A DNA stretch of 64,000 nt. It comes from Glycera tridactyla (taxonomy: Eukaryota). The notes below the pieces were generated by a model, which was not told where the DNA came from, ran no database searches, and saw only the letters and a program-made list of their open reading frames with translations. This document shows, piece by piece, positions 51,145 through 63,700 of this stretch; position 1 is the first letter of the stretch; every line of letters begins with the position of its first letter. Both the position numbers and the translations under genes were made by a program. The stretch lies in NCBI GenBank assembly GCA_965644265.1, contig OZ286474.1, positions 77,996,001 through 78,060,000 on the forward strand, read 5' to 3'.

Positions 51145-53528
51145 ATCTCGACCACCACCACTGCCGCCTCCACCACAATCGACAATGTTACCATGGATAT
51201 ATGCAGTTCCATCATATATCCTTCTAGTTCTTCTATCTCCGCGCTCTCTCCCTCTTTCGTCTACCTTCTTCCCACACATTTCTCTCAGCATCATTCTGGC
51301 CTCGATAATCAGTATTGGCATCGCCACTTCATGATAACATTCATCAGATATGTCATCTTCTTCAAAAGTCAACCTCATATCTTCATCATTACAATCTTTC
51401 ACTAGACGCCTCTTCCATCTGCGATGTCGTCATCTCGCTTTCATCTTGTTGATATCGGCATTCGACATGGTCACTGAGCTGGGTCCAATTGGAAACTGAA
51501 TAATCGACGTACCAACGCTCGAATCCAGGTCAGACTATATGAGACAGAAATGATGGGTCAGTGATAAGTCAATTTTCCAACGTATCCATTTGAATGTTAA
51601 AAAAGATTAACCGATATAGCCTGTTTCATTTGTGTGCTTTCGATTGCAAGTCAACTATTCGCTTACGAGTAGAACTTCACTGCTGATGAACGACCCCCAA
51701 CCCTTGCCAAACTGATGGCGATATGGTTCATATTCATGCATCATATGCGTCAATGCGAATGGCTGTCCGATATTCACATTATATGAAACAGTCAGATCTC
51801 CTTCAATTACCTGTTTAAATCTGTGTCAAACAGTTTCAAGACTGGTATATGCGTGAGAATATAGCGGACTGGGGTAAGCTGTCAGCGGTGGAATGCAGAT
51901 ATAAGGCAGTCATATCGTCATCAATCCTGAACTGAGATCACGCAGACTCAATGACATGCTCGCAACCGAATCCGTGCAGTGACTACGTCCACTGGGATGC
52001 TTCATTTAAGACAGAAATATCATATTTATGGGAGCACTACACACGATATACAGATCAGATTCCTAGCTCCCAGCATGACTAATAGAGCATCATGAGTTAT
52101 CATATACAATCCACGTGCAGCCAATAGAGACTAAAAGATCATGCGATTCTCTCCTTCATTGTGATATCCAGACAAAACAATCATATACTTCTCAATATTT
52201 AACAGCATTGACATCAGGTCAGATGCAATGATGGGTCTTTTTTTCAAGATCGCTGTAGTGTTCTGAAAACAACGGACCTGCCTAGATGAACATAATCGAA
52301 TGAATCCGGGAAGATGGTTCCGTGGGGTCCTTATTTGCAATTCCGAGTAAGGGCAAACTAGATGATCAGTTACAGTTTCAGTGGGATAGTCCCTGAGCTG
52401 ATTCGCGGGATAATCATAGGCAGGGGTCGTCGAGAGACTGACTGGTCACACGGGTGAGGGCAACCCCTGCTCTATCCAGCTTTTTTTGAGATGGCTACTT
52501 ATGTGCATTCAATGAATCAACTGGCAGTCGAATCAGACTGACCGATAGAGTTGGGTCAGCCTTGATGAATTTTCACAGATGATGGATCGTTTGTCATGTG
52601 GACGGTTGTTTATTGTCCGAATATTTTGGGCAGAACCTAAATTTGCATTGGAAAGGACAAGCTAAATCCAGCATGTAGTCACATTAATTAAATGAACTAG
52701 TCTCTTGGTAGTAGGCCTACGAATTTCTTATTTGTTGTAAGATCAGTAGTCCCGGTTGGAAAATGAAGACAAAGACGTTGCATCTGCATAGTACACCGAA
52801 TGACCCATGAGAAAGACATAAACTCTGCATTGTTTCCTCTTCCGGATTAGTGACAGCATCTGCATAGCTGGTTATTGGCTGTACAGCTGATGTATAACAA
52901 TGGTGGATGCATCAATGAAAATATTGGTGGTTAAGATGAAGACCGTGTGCAATCGGAAATAACGAGTTCTGTTCACGGATGCATGGCGAAAATTTCATTT
53001 TGTTTGTCGACATTTTTGAGTGGATCCACACAATACTGATATCGTCAAAGTAAAAACTAGTTTGGATGTGTCCACATAATTTCCACATAATTCGAAAGCT
53101 GTCTCATCAGTATGAATTGGACCTTCATCTTAATAATGCGCCCCTCGCGATAATTTTTTTTTTGAGATTCCCTAAAGAATGTTGATACGACCCTTCGCAT
53201 GAAAGACATCCCGGATGTATGAACATAACTATGACATAACTCCAATCATAAACAGTCTGTATATCCCTACATGATACGCGTATGATCCTCATAAAACATT
53301 TTCCATGTACGTACATAATCCTGAAATGGCTATTAGAACATTATTCTGCATGTACCTACATGATTTTGATTCTGATTCTGATGAGACCTGTGTGAAAAGT
53401 TTTGAATAAATCCACATATTACTGATTCGGTCCCAATGAAGACATTTTGCGTGTACCTACACATTGCTGATACGGCCACTGTGGATTGACCATGGACACA
53501 TCCAACTGGCTAGAGCAGCATCGTGTGG

Positions 53529-53759
53529 TGATGTTGAGAGGAGCATCTATATGGAATGCTAGGGATGAGGAAGCTGGGGTTATTAGGCAGTGATGCAGAT
53601 TTCCAGCTGGGTCCCCTGCTGCTGATGTCAGACACACGCAATAGGCCAGTCCGTCCTGTGAGCGAGTGAGCCCGTCCTTCCCGCCACACACAGATACATC
53701 AAGACTGAATAAAGAGTTTTCACTGAAGCTTGATATCAACACCTCTCAGAATGACATCA
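53529..53759 (+). mobile_element. Solo-LTR-like segment (tentative)
   Basis: It starts TGATGTtgagagg and ends cctctca...ACATCA, giving TG...CA inverted termini, with AATAAA at 53708. No target-site duplication was found. Confidence 0.3.
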
Positions 53760-53919
53760 GCTTGATCGTCGAGAGATGAGTGACTTAGGGATGATGGAAC
53801 TGAGCATCTTCGGTCGATGAAGTACAGAGACAATGTCAACATCGACCTGCGGGTCCAAACTTTAGACTCATTTTGCGGACCCCACATTAGAATTGACTGG
53901 CTGCTGGCCTCGCTTTCTA

Positions 53920-54240
53920 CTTGCCTGTCTGCCTGTTAGACTGCCTGTCTTTCTGCCTGCCTACTCAACTGTCTGCCTGCCTGTCTGCCTGTGAGACTGC
54001 CTGTCTGTTTGACTGTTTATCTGATGGTCATACAGCCTGCCTGCCTGCAAGTCTGCCAGTCTGGCTTCCTGCTTGTCTGTCTGTCTGTCTGTCTGCCTGC
54101 TGCCTTCTGCCTAATGCCTGCTTGCAGCCTGCATGCCTGCATGCCTGCCTGCCCGTCTGCATGTCGGTCTGTCTGTTCGCCCGCCTGCCTGCCTGTCAAA
54201 CTGCCAATTGCCTGTCAAAATGTATGCTAACTGACAGAAT
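53920..54240. repeat. Degenerate (CTGC/CTGT)n tetranucleotide tract, then (GACT/GACG)-rich to ~54500
   Basis: Read directly from the sequence. Confidence 0.9.
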
Positions 54241-55501
54241 TGTGACTGACTGAATGTCTGACGATTGGACTGGGTGACTGCCTTATAGCCTGAACAACTG
54301 ACTGGCAAACGGACGGACTGACTGTCTAGCCGACACTGAATGAAGGATGAATGGATTTTACGATTTACTGATTGGTTGCTTGTCACGCTCTTTGTCCGTT
54401 TGACTGAATGGCTTATTGACCGACTGAGTATGGATGAATGAAGATAGATGAAGGAAGGGACTGACTGGCGGACTCACTGGTTGACGGACTGACGGACAAG
54501 TGGACATGCTGACTAGCGCATGTAGGGGCTGTATTTGGTCGGTCTAGGCGGCGATCTTGCTGATGGTGAACTCTTGTTTATGGTGGCTCCCGCCGATAAA
54601 GCTGATATTGATGTCACTGATGAGGTAGCGGGTGTGAAGGTGATAGTCGTGGTTTGGAAGTTCAGGTTTGAGTGTATTTTATTGCATTTCTCATGCTCAT
54701 CTTCTCAGAACACACTACTGGACGCAATAGAAGTGCAGCATGCCTTGTCTCTCTGTCCACACCAAATCTAGCTAGCAATCGAGATCTGCTCACAGGCATC
54801 GATCCAGTGGCTTGCTAGTGTGAACAGCTCGGCTTGCCATACATGTAGTATTGACTGACGTGTGAATGATTGCTCCTAGATGCGCTCAAGCACGTGCTCT
54901 CTACCCTCTCATCTCATGCTATTATCGCCTGCCCGACAAATCTGTTCACACTAACGGAAATCCGTAGAATATGCACGAATCCCACTCCTAATTCCACCGA
55001 GGCATCGCGCTAACCGATGATTTCCTCGCCTAGTTCCAGGATTTTTCAGCATCTCTCTAACATTCTGGCATTCATCAGCCTGGATTGCTACATCGGTAGA
55101 GCTATAATCGATTTGCAATCAACGGCAGCTCTGAATACACGTGCACTGGTAATGAGAATCGACTTATGTGTTCTGACGACGGGGCAGAAATCATCACAGA
55201 GACCCAAATACCTGGTCGATTTCATGACTAGTTATTGGCGCTGGGAAAAAACCGATGATATGAATCACGATGAGCAGGTATATGATAATATGGATCTTGG
55301 ACAGTTGGTATATTTCGTTATATTTGGTTTGGAATCTTGGTTCTTTCGCCTTGTGGATATACCACTCTTTCAGAGGAGATTATAATCCTCTCGTTTCCTA
55401 ATGGCTTCAAAATATCCGTTGTGACTCACACATTGAGAGTGTGGAGTACTATTCCATTTAGGGAGAATCTTTTGGGAAATGTGTTGTGGTGGTGGCATGT
55501 A

Positions 55502-55615
55502 TTATTTGGCTGGTTTCCTCGACATGAGATCCAGGAAGCCCCTTATGACTTTGGCTGTCTGGCCATCCATCTTGAGGATATTTGCCTTGGCCTCTTCTGC
55601 AGCGGCGTCCATCTT
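55502..55615 (-). CDS. Possible terminal coding exon (KMDAAAEEAKANILKMDGQTAKVIRGFLDLMSRKPAK*), product unknown
   Basis: It has acceptor ttgtttgtgtgcag| and 38 codons ending in TAA. The peptide looks natural and amphipathic-helical. A minus-strand AATAAA lies at ~54678. No family is recognised. Confidence 0.35.
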   Translation of the reverse strand, partial: KMDAAAEEAKANILKMDGQTAKVIRGFLDLMSRKPAK

Positions 55616-55789
55616 CTGCACACAAACAATTAGTGGTCCCACTGGACCCATTGAATTGGCAGTATCTGTTTAGGGCCACGGTCCATTCTAGGATATTACA
55701 CCAACAACATGCTTATCATGGCCGCCATGTTCCTATGGCGAAGAGGTCGGCAAACCACCCGCATGTTTTGTACATGTCGCACCTTTCCT

Positions 55790-57010
55790 CAGAACACCTC
55801 ACATGGTGCTCAGTCCCAGGGGTCAACATTGACACCATCGAGAAGTCCATACGAAGCCATCCTGCTTGGTCTTCAATGGGGTCGCCACATCGCCGTGGAT
55901 TACCTTAATGACACAAATTCCTGCCGCCAGAAAATACACAAAATGCCTACATAATGTGATGTTCATCCTATCGCAATAGGAACTCTGACTGCAGCGAGGT
56001 CGATATGAGCCCACATGAACCAACATTGCTCAGTCATCCATGGGTCCACAAAAAAAAACACGAACCCGCATGACATAATGCTCATCATTCTTTACCAGGG
56101 CGACATCAACATCAGCAAGAGAATCATGGGACGCCATGTTTTCCAGTTTGTAGATGGGTCGATGACAGCATCCACAATAACCACACATGGTGCCATGCTC
56201 CTCAGTCCACAATAGGATTGACTTGGAAGACCCACCAGAAGTCCAACGATGTAAATTGCCCCCAGGCCATCATTGGGTCGAAGATTGCTTGGTCTGCAGA
56301 AGTGTGGATATGGACATCCAACCGAAGCGCATATATTGCAAGTTCACTCAGTCATCAATAGGGTCCGACTTCAACATCTGTAGAATGCCGACATGATACA
56401 TTGTTCTTCATGTTTGACTACGGATGGCACTGACACCCACACTTCGAGCTGAATGACTGTAGTAGGGTCGATATGAGACAGAGCATTTGGTCAAAATGAC
56501 GTAATGTTCCCTTACACCACAAAAGGGTCGACATCAGCATCCACATAGGGTTGATGAAAACACACATGTGTGATCAATGTGATACAGATTTTCCTCAGAT
56601 CAAAAAACAAAAAGTCTGCATTTTACACTGTTTCTCGGACAGCAGTAGGCTTGATACGGGCTTTTGCAAGGAGCCCACATGACAGGATGCCCGTCAGTCT
56701 ATGATAGGGCCGACAGTGAGATCCAGGATTAATGGCTTAGTCTCAAGAGAGTCGACATCTACATGCACGAGGAGCCAACATGAAGCATGATGCTCAGTCT
56801 TCAACAAGGTTGACATGAACGCTCATACTAAGCCCATATGGTGTAGTATTCATCATTCTTCATACAGTCAACATGAATATAATCATTAACACGTACGACG
56901 CCATGTCATTATAAGCCACCACAAGAAGCCCACATAATGCAAGGATGCCCAGTCTGCAATAAAGTTGGCATCACAATTCTCAACAAGCCTACATGATGCT
57001 ATGCACCATG
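55790..57010. repeat. Highly degenerate ~50-bp satellite-like field
   Basis: The blocks gagcccacatga, atgctcagtc and atagggtcgac(a/t) recur throughout, e.g. at 56010, 56350, 56465, 56525, 56670, 56770 and 56925. Confidence 0.65.
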
Positions 57011-57459
57011 TTCCACATTACCACAGAGACCATGGTTCAGAATAAATCAAACAGAATCTTCCTGAATATCCTGAGTAATAGTAGATTTGTCAAATCCACT
57101 GTTGAATATAGGTCAATGACTACATAAATAGTCAACAAACATATGTGACTAATTATTGAAAGTTTCACGGGAGCAAAAACTGGTGGACTGGCTAAAAAAG
57201 TCCAATTCGGAATGATTTCCACCGATGATGAACAGGATGATTGATTAGAAGCAAGGAGTAAAACCGACAGTAGATGAATGTCGGAGAGTCGTTATACTGG
57301 TCTCAGAACACCCGTGTAGACAGCAACAGAGCGTGATTCAAGAGTTCTCTGTATAGTGCTCATTTCCGACAAAGGCACCCGGTAGAGCTAAGTATCGAAG
57401 CCATCAAGATTAGCTCACGTCGCCTGCATGAATGTCCAGCTTCAAATTTCGCTTGCTTA

Positions 57460-57515
57460 TTTCCGCCCGTAACCCTCACCAATAGATGGAGGAGGGCGGG
57501 GGAGGGCGGGAGAGG
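57460..57515. promoter_or_regulatory. Promoter-like cluster: tttccgccc, CCAAT box and two tandem GC boxes (G-quadruplex-capable)
   Basis: It contains tttccgccc (57460-68), CCAAT (57479-83) and (ggagggcggg)x2 (57491-57510) with four G-tracts and 1-nt loops. Confidence 0.4.
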
Positions 57516-58549
57516 TGGTAACATCGATTATTGTTCACTTTCACTATCACATGGACATCGTTCACACCGGATACAGAGGCACCAGATTCTGCTTGGCACC
57601 AAAAGCGACTAATCTCTTAATTGCTTGATCGAGTATTACTCGGAATTTGTTCACATATATCATCCCGAAGGAGTATGGAGCTTCATGATGATGATGATNN
57701 NNNNNNNNNNNNNNNNNNNNNNNNNNNNNNNNNNNNNNNNNNNNNNNNNNNNNNNNNNNNNNNNNNNNNNNNNNNNNNNNNNNNNNNNNNNNNNNNNNNN
57801 NNNNNNNNNNNNNNNNNNNNNNNNNNNNNNNNNNNNNNNNNNNNNNNNNNNNNNNNNNNNNNNNNNNNNNNNNNNNNNNNNNNNNNNNNNNNNNNNNNNN
57901 NNNNNNNNNNNNNNNNNNNNNNNNNNNNNNNNNNNNNNNNNNNNNNNNNNNNNNNNNNNNNNNNNNNNNNNNNNNNNNNNNNNNNNNNNNNNNNNNNNNN
58001 NNNNNNNNNNNNNNNNNNNNNNNNNNNNNNNNNNNNNNNNNNNNNNNNNNNNNNNNNNNNNNNNNNNNNNNNNNNNNNNNNNNNNNNNNNNNNNNNNNNN
58101 NNNNNNNNNNNNNGATGATGACAGCAAGACCGTAATGAGCGTGATAACAACGATATCGATAACGGATATAAACTGGAGGCGTCAATGATGAGAACAGACA
58201 TGTTGACAAGAAATAATGAAATTCCTAACATGAATATTAGTACCGTAACTGATATGATTCGATCTCTCAGTAGTGGTTAGCTAATATGTAAGATTAGTAA
58301 TAACAAGACCATTGTAGCTAGTATAGTGAGTTTTGGTCTGGATACTATTATCGGATATGACAAACTAGTCAGTTCCTACTAGACGTCTGGCGATATACGT
58401 GTATATATCACGTGTGTCTGGGCTTGGCCATTTGTCAATGTGACTTGTGCTGTGTGGGTGAGGCATCCAGACGCACAGACAAGCCTACAACAAATTAGAA
58501 GCCAACTGCGGCATGCAGTGAAAGTGACACATAAAACCGAGGTCAGAGT

Positions 58550-58597
58550 TGACGTCACCTTGACGTATGTCATAGACGTAACATGACGTGACACGTA
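58550..58597. promoter_or_regulatory. Homotypic CRE/ACGT cluster
   Basis: A perfect TGACGTCA at 58550 is followed by TGACGTA, AGACGTAA, TGACGTGA and CACGTA. That is five ACGT cores in 48 bp. Confidence 0.4.
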
Positions 58598-60818
58598 CCA
58601 AAAGCAACCCAACACACCCAGCCAACTGATCTCCCTGACTTGACCACAGAACAGGTCGATTGCACCAGATATAAGTAGCTCTTCTTCATTGACAGCTGAA
58701 AAATTATAATACAGTCTGTCTGCCTTCTATTGTGATGATGATGATATCGGATTTAAAATGACATAATGATAGGGCGATCAGGGGCCTTGCCGATTAGTAG
58801 ATGTTGGGTCCTAAGATTACGAGCTGCCATGATATTCATTTCGTCTAGATCACTAACTCATAACCAGTTTGACTTATTGAATTCAGGATTGTGATTTCCT
58901 CATATTCTCTGGAATAATCAATATGTCAAATAACACTCAATCAATCTATCTCCATCATACCCTAGATTAATTGCACATTTGTTTATATTACTCATTATAT
59001 ATCATTCATTCTGCGAGGTTGAATAGAGATTGTCTATTTTATTTTATATGTCTTGTGACTGACTATGAACATTCCCTATTTCTCAATTCATCACTCAAAT
59101 CTGAATTTCACCTTCTGATTTTCAGCTTTCGACATGGTGTAGAAGTTGAGTTGAGAATGCTTATGATTCTAAACCAAGATGAATGCGTAATCTCGTTGAT
59201 CTTGTTCGGATGTAGTAAAACATCAACAGCAACTAAGTGAGCCCAGTGTTCCTAAGTTGAACTCTAAAAATATATGAATGATATGACCCACTTATGTTAT
59301 GACATATCCAGGGTAGTTAAACCTGACCATAGAAGTAAGATGAAAAGAAGGTGAGCAGAGATAATGGCATCACAGGAGCAGTACATGTGGGTGTGTGACA
59401 GATAATCAGGAAACATCAGAATTAATGAGAGACTCTTGAAGAAGAGAGAAGATGCTTTGCAAACAGAAGAAAGATGCTGATGAAATGTGGCAGCGACCCT
59501 GATTATTTCAGGATATTATGCTATTTAACTTTTAATATTCCCTCTCAAGTAAGCTGAAGAATATGAATAAGCATATTTAAGATTGTCCTTGTACTCACTC
59601 TACCTATTTATACTGATGCTGCCGCCCTATCAGAAATATGTACATTCACTGGCTGTGTGTGGTTTCAGGACACATCATGGTCATGGCACCGGTTCGAATT
59701 ATTCGTCTTTTTTCAATGAGATTCTCAAATCCTGCTCGATGCTGCAGCAATGAGCCTTTATATTATCAGTATAGTATATCACTATATCAAGGCTCTTAGA
59801 GCATACTCACAGAAATACTGGGCATTTCTAATGAAGACGAAATCACATGTGAGCATAATATGACCACAATAATGAAAGAAATACATTTTGGTAGAAACAC
59901 CCATCCAGTATGGGCTTCATATTGGGTTGTAAAATCCTATCGCGTGATATCAGCGGGTATGCCTATTGAGGGATATGACAATCATATGAGAACAAGAGAT
60001 TATTCTTTTTTATACCATAGTCATTACTGTTATGAGGTTGCATAACATCATTACTGTATATAATTTGATGTATGCATTCGCAGCAATGTAGACGACAATA
60101 TGTAGACCAAAATAAGATATATGCAGTACATACAAACATATATAAAACGGAAAGTAGCGGTAATTGCAACTGCTGGAGGGGATTTGGGGATGAAATGAGA
60201 AACATGATATATTGGAAGGCCCTTTTCTAATCATACCTAGAAAAAAGTAAAAAGATGCATTCATTATTTGACCTCGAGAAATATTCGACAAGCCAATCCA
60301 CAAGTGCTATGCATATTGTTCGATGAGCACCATTCTTGTCATACTATCCTTCGATAATTAATCTTATCTCAGCCCTCCTGTTGCTGGTGATCCCATCCCC
60401 ACACTGTGATAATATGTTGATATATCTTCCCCTTGATTTGATGACAGTTGGCAAGTTATCACATTGATCAAGTATTTGTCGAACCTGATGTATTTTCTTA
60501 CAATCTTTGAACATTTTCAGAAGAGTAGTGTAGTCAGACATCACGGTCAGTTTCTAGCCAGTCACATAGATCAATATCTCATTGATAGGTTCGTCAATTG
60601 ATTTTCATGCATGTCATTTTGAGTCTGTCTGCTACTTTCACATATGAAGGTGTTGTGGGTTTGTGATAGTGATGCCTGTTTGGGACAGAACATCCATGTT
60701 ACATTGATGGGGGGATTTACGGCATTCATAATCTTTGAGGAGATATACACTGTTTTCCATCGATCAATCAAATAAGCTTTCATTTCATTCTAGACCTGTG
60801 ATTTCGCATTCTCATGTA

Positions 60819-60888
<70 letters not shown>

Positions 60889-60916
60889 ATGATGAGGATG
60901 ATGATGATTATGATGA
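60819..60916. repeat. Compound (GCT)~17 then (GAT)n microsatellite
   Basis: Read directly from the sequence. Confidence 0.97.
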
Positions 60917-61920
60917 AGGTGACATCCGGGACATATATTTCCAAGGTCACTCCGCTAGGTGACATCCTAGCTTCATGAAAAGTCCATAATTTGTTCTTGC
61001 AATCAAAAATTCATAACCTGGGAATAGAATGCGTATGGTAAGCATTACATTTCTCGTGCAAACCTAACGTCCCAAAAACTGGGTCATTGACAGCTCATCT
61101 GAGAATGAAACCCGATCCCAATGCACAAGTAACATTTTTTCCGAATCATCTGATCGCTGTCAGTGTATGTTAGTCAGGATATTCAACCTGTGTGGCAGCT
61201 ACCTGCACATTCGCCGAGCTACCCAATCCGCCATGAAGGAGCCACTGAATAAATACGTAAGGAGCACTTCCTTCTCAAGCACATGAAGATTTATACTGTC
61301 CGATGGCGTATTGTGAGATATAGTTTCATCCTGTCAGCAAATAACTGTGTTATTTCAATTATAGTACCAGATACAGCACAAGTGATGGCTCTTCGCCATC
61401 GACATTAACGTGTCTGTGTACATGGAGCAAGAACAGACCTGACAATTTGGAATTTCCCACTTCAATGCGTAGAAATTGGAATATAGTAGAAACTGGCCAC
61501 TCCGATGTGAGGTCCAGCGAGTTTACAAGACTGACCCTCTGACCTGATCAGCCCGCACACCGTCAATTCTCAAACCTTCCGATATTATCAAGCTCGAACT
61601 TTGAAACTGCTAGATTCTTCGAGATCTAAGAGTCCGCAATGAACATGGCCTAAATTTACAGTTACCAACTGAGAATCAAATGTTCGCCTGAATTACTTCA
61701 AAATAACATCCCTTCAATGATATCTCAGACGCATTCCATATCAGGCTCACTGGATGAACCCAGCTACCTTGTATTCATCAGATTGTTCAGATGTTACATA
61801 CCATCCGATGAGCATCACTCGTTTCTATGGTGTCGGATTGTTGCATATCTGGTAAGCAATCTATTGGGTAGACCTATTCCCGCACCGTGTTCAACTCTAT
61901 CGGGTGCTTTCCCACTTCTA

Positions 61921-62104
61921 TAGGTCTACCTTGGTGGCTCAGTGGTAGCATGCTGGGCCAGCGTGCAATAGGTCTGGGGTTCAATCACGGGTCCTACCAT
62001 GCAGGAATGTTTCACCCTTCATCTTTGCTCCTCCTCGGCAGGTGGTCTGATTTAGCCTACTGACGTGCAGAAAATGGACCTAAAACCTTAACATTTAATT
62101 TTAC
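61921..62104 (+). mobile_element. tRNA-derived SINE, about 184 bp, with a 10-bp TSD
   Basis: It has an A box TGGCTCAGTGG (61935-45), a B box GGTTCAATC (61978-86) and a tail ggacctaaaaccttaacatttaatttt. An exact cccacttcta flanks it at 61911-61920 and 62105-62114. Confidence 0.88.
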
Positions 62105-63473
62105 CCCACTTCTACGATTGTCAAACTGACTGATTTAGCCCTCCGCTGTTTCCTTCAGTAGGCTGTGACACCAAGAGAAAGGGGACAGCCATTATCGTGT
62201 GCCTATGCTGATTTAGAGGGTCCGTATAGAAACCGATATTGGCCAGGGATTGACCAGTACAGCAACACAGACACACGGACTCAGGGGTTTTGCATTAACT
62301 ACGAATATCAAATCGGCGCAGATAGCCATGTGATGCTATACGATAACTCAAAAACATTCTCGCAAAGCTCCTTGTGAGAAGAAGTCAAAATAGGTCCAAA
62401 AACGCATACAAAGGTAAAGACCAGGAAAAAGTAAGCAGAAATCGAACAGCTGAAGGGATGTACGAATACATGAATCATTATCAATATATTAATAAACAGA
62501 TTGATAGAGGAGTGAATACATAGATGAATCTATAAATAATCATTGATGAATAGATAAAGAATAAGAATAAGAATAAGAATCATGTGGAGAGGTCACCTCT
62601 GGAGACATAACCAGTAACAGTACAAAGAACAGTGGAACAAATCGTAGATAATACAGATAAATTACTGTCAGGTAATTGCATGAGTAGCGTAAGCAAGAAA
62701 CAGTACACTACAGGTAGGATGTAATAAATGGATGGATGAATGAATGAATGATCGGAAGAGTGGATGAATTATTTGATTAGTTACTTATTGATTTGTTCAA
62801 TTCCTGATGCCTGAATGGAAGTGGTTCAAACCTGAGGGAGAAAGAGTCGGTGTGGATACGGTAGGGATTATTGGCTGACAAAGATGGCCGGCAAAAAGGC
62901 GGTAAATCAGGCCAATCTCGGTGTTGACAAGAGATGTCAGTGTGGACTGTGAAGCGCTGCCTGGCGGCAAATGTGTGCATCGCACTATTTGTCCGAGGTT
63001 TTGTGCCGCGATCGCACAACATTACACTAATGGATGCTTGCTAAACGCCCTCAATCTAGTAAGTAGCTTGCACCTGGTCTAGCACGCCTCAAACACGAAC
63101 TTTACCTGACCACACGGAAGCCTCGGGAAATGGAAGTTACAGTGTAATCGCTGTGATTTGTCAAACCTCTTCACCATCTAATTGGTGCCATCTTTTCCGA
63201 CGGTCGATTGCATGCATTTCTGTATATCGAATATTGCTCTATTCGAGCTCTGTAGATGAGAATGATGGGTATATTTCCATGATTTCCATACATTTTCTCT
63301 TCCTGTTGAGGATCTAGAATGAAGATTCTGGTATTCTTTTCCGGTGTCTTTTGCATGGGCGTTTCATCACCCTCGATATTGTCCTTGTGGTATACACTCA
63401 TGTTATTCGGAAATAAGAAAAACAGTGACGCATCTGTGATTTCCAGACATCTTCACTCCCCCCCCCCCCCCAG

Positions 63474-63571
63474 TATCATCACTTTGGTGGTCTCTGCATG
63501 GACATTTCAACGTGGCCAATGAAGCCCTCATGGTCCATATTGACGTTCCTGGAGATGATGAGGGCAGTGAG
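63474..63571 (+). CDS. Possible exon 1 of a splice-compatible pair, product unknown
   Basis: A pyrimidine tract cttcactc(c)n-ag| precedes it and GAG|gtatta follows. Two frames are open; one reads SSLWWSLHGHFNVANEALMVHIDVPGDDEGSE. Confidence 0.25.
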
Positions 63572-63660
63572 GTATTATTGAATTCACAATATGGAATACT
63601 CATCCGGGCAGGAGACCGTGTATTCCCGATCTATGGCACTCCATGATGTGTCCCCTGCAG

Positions 63661-63700
63661 GCATCCCTCACACGACTACGAGATGAAGGCAAGCAGACAG
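63661..63700 (+). CDS. Possible exon 2 of the pair (ASLTRLRDEGKQT or HPSHDYEMKASRQ)
   Basis: It has acceptor gtgtcccctgcag| and donor CAG|gtttgt. It stays open when joined to 63474-63571 across an 89-nt intron. Confidence 0.25.

Noticed and set aside
60735-60962. Poly-Ala/poly-Asp ORF suggestive of a transcription-factor low-complexity region
   Set aside because: It is explained entirely by the compound microsatellite, and the flanking residues and splice signals are not protein-like.
62665-62677. TACTGTCAGGTAA, a 13-nt match to miR-8/miR-200-family mature sequence
   Set aside because: The 5' seed context and 3' end differ, and there is no complementary precursor arm upstream.
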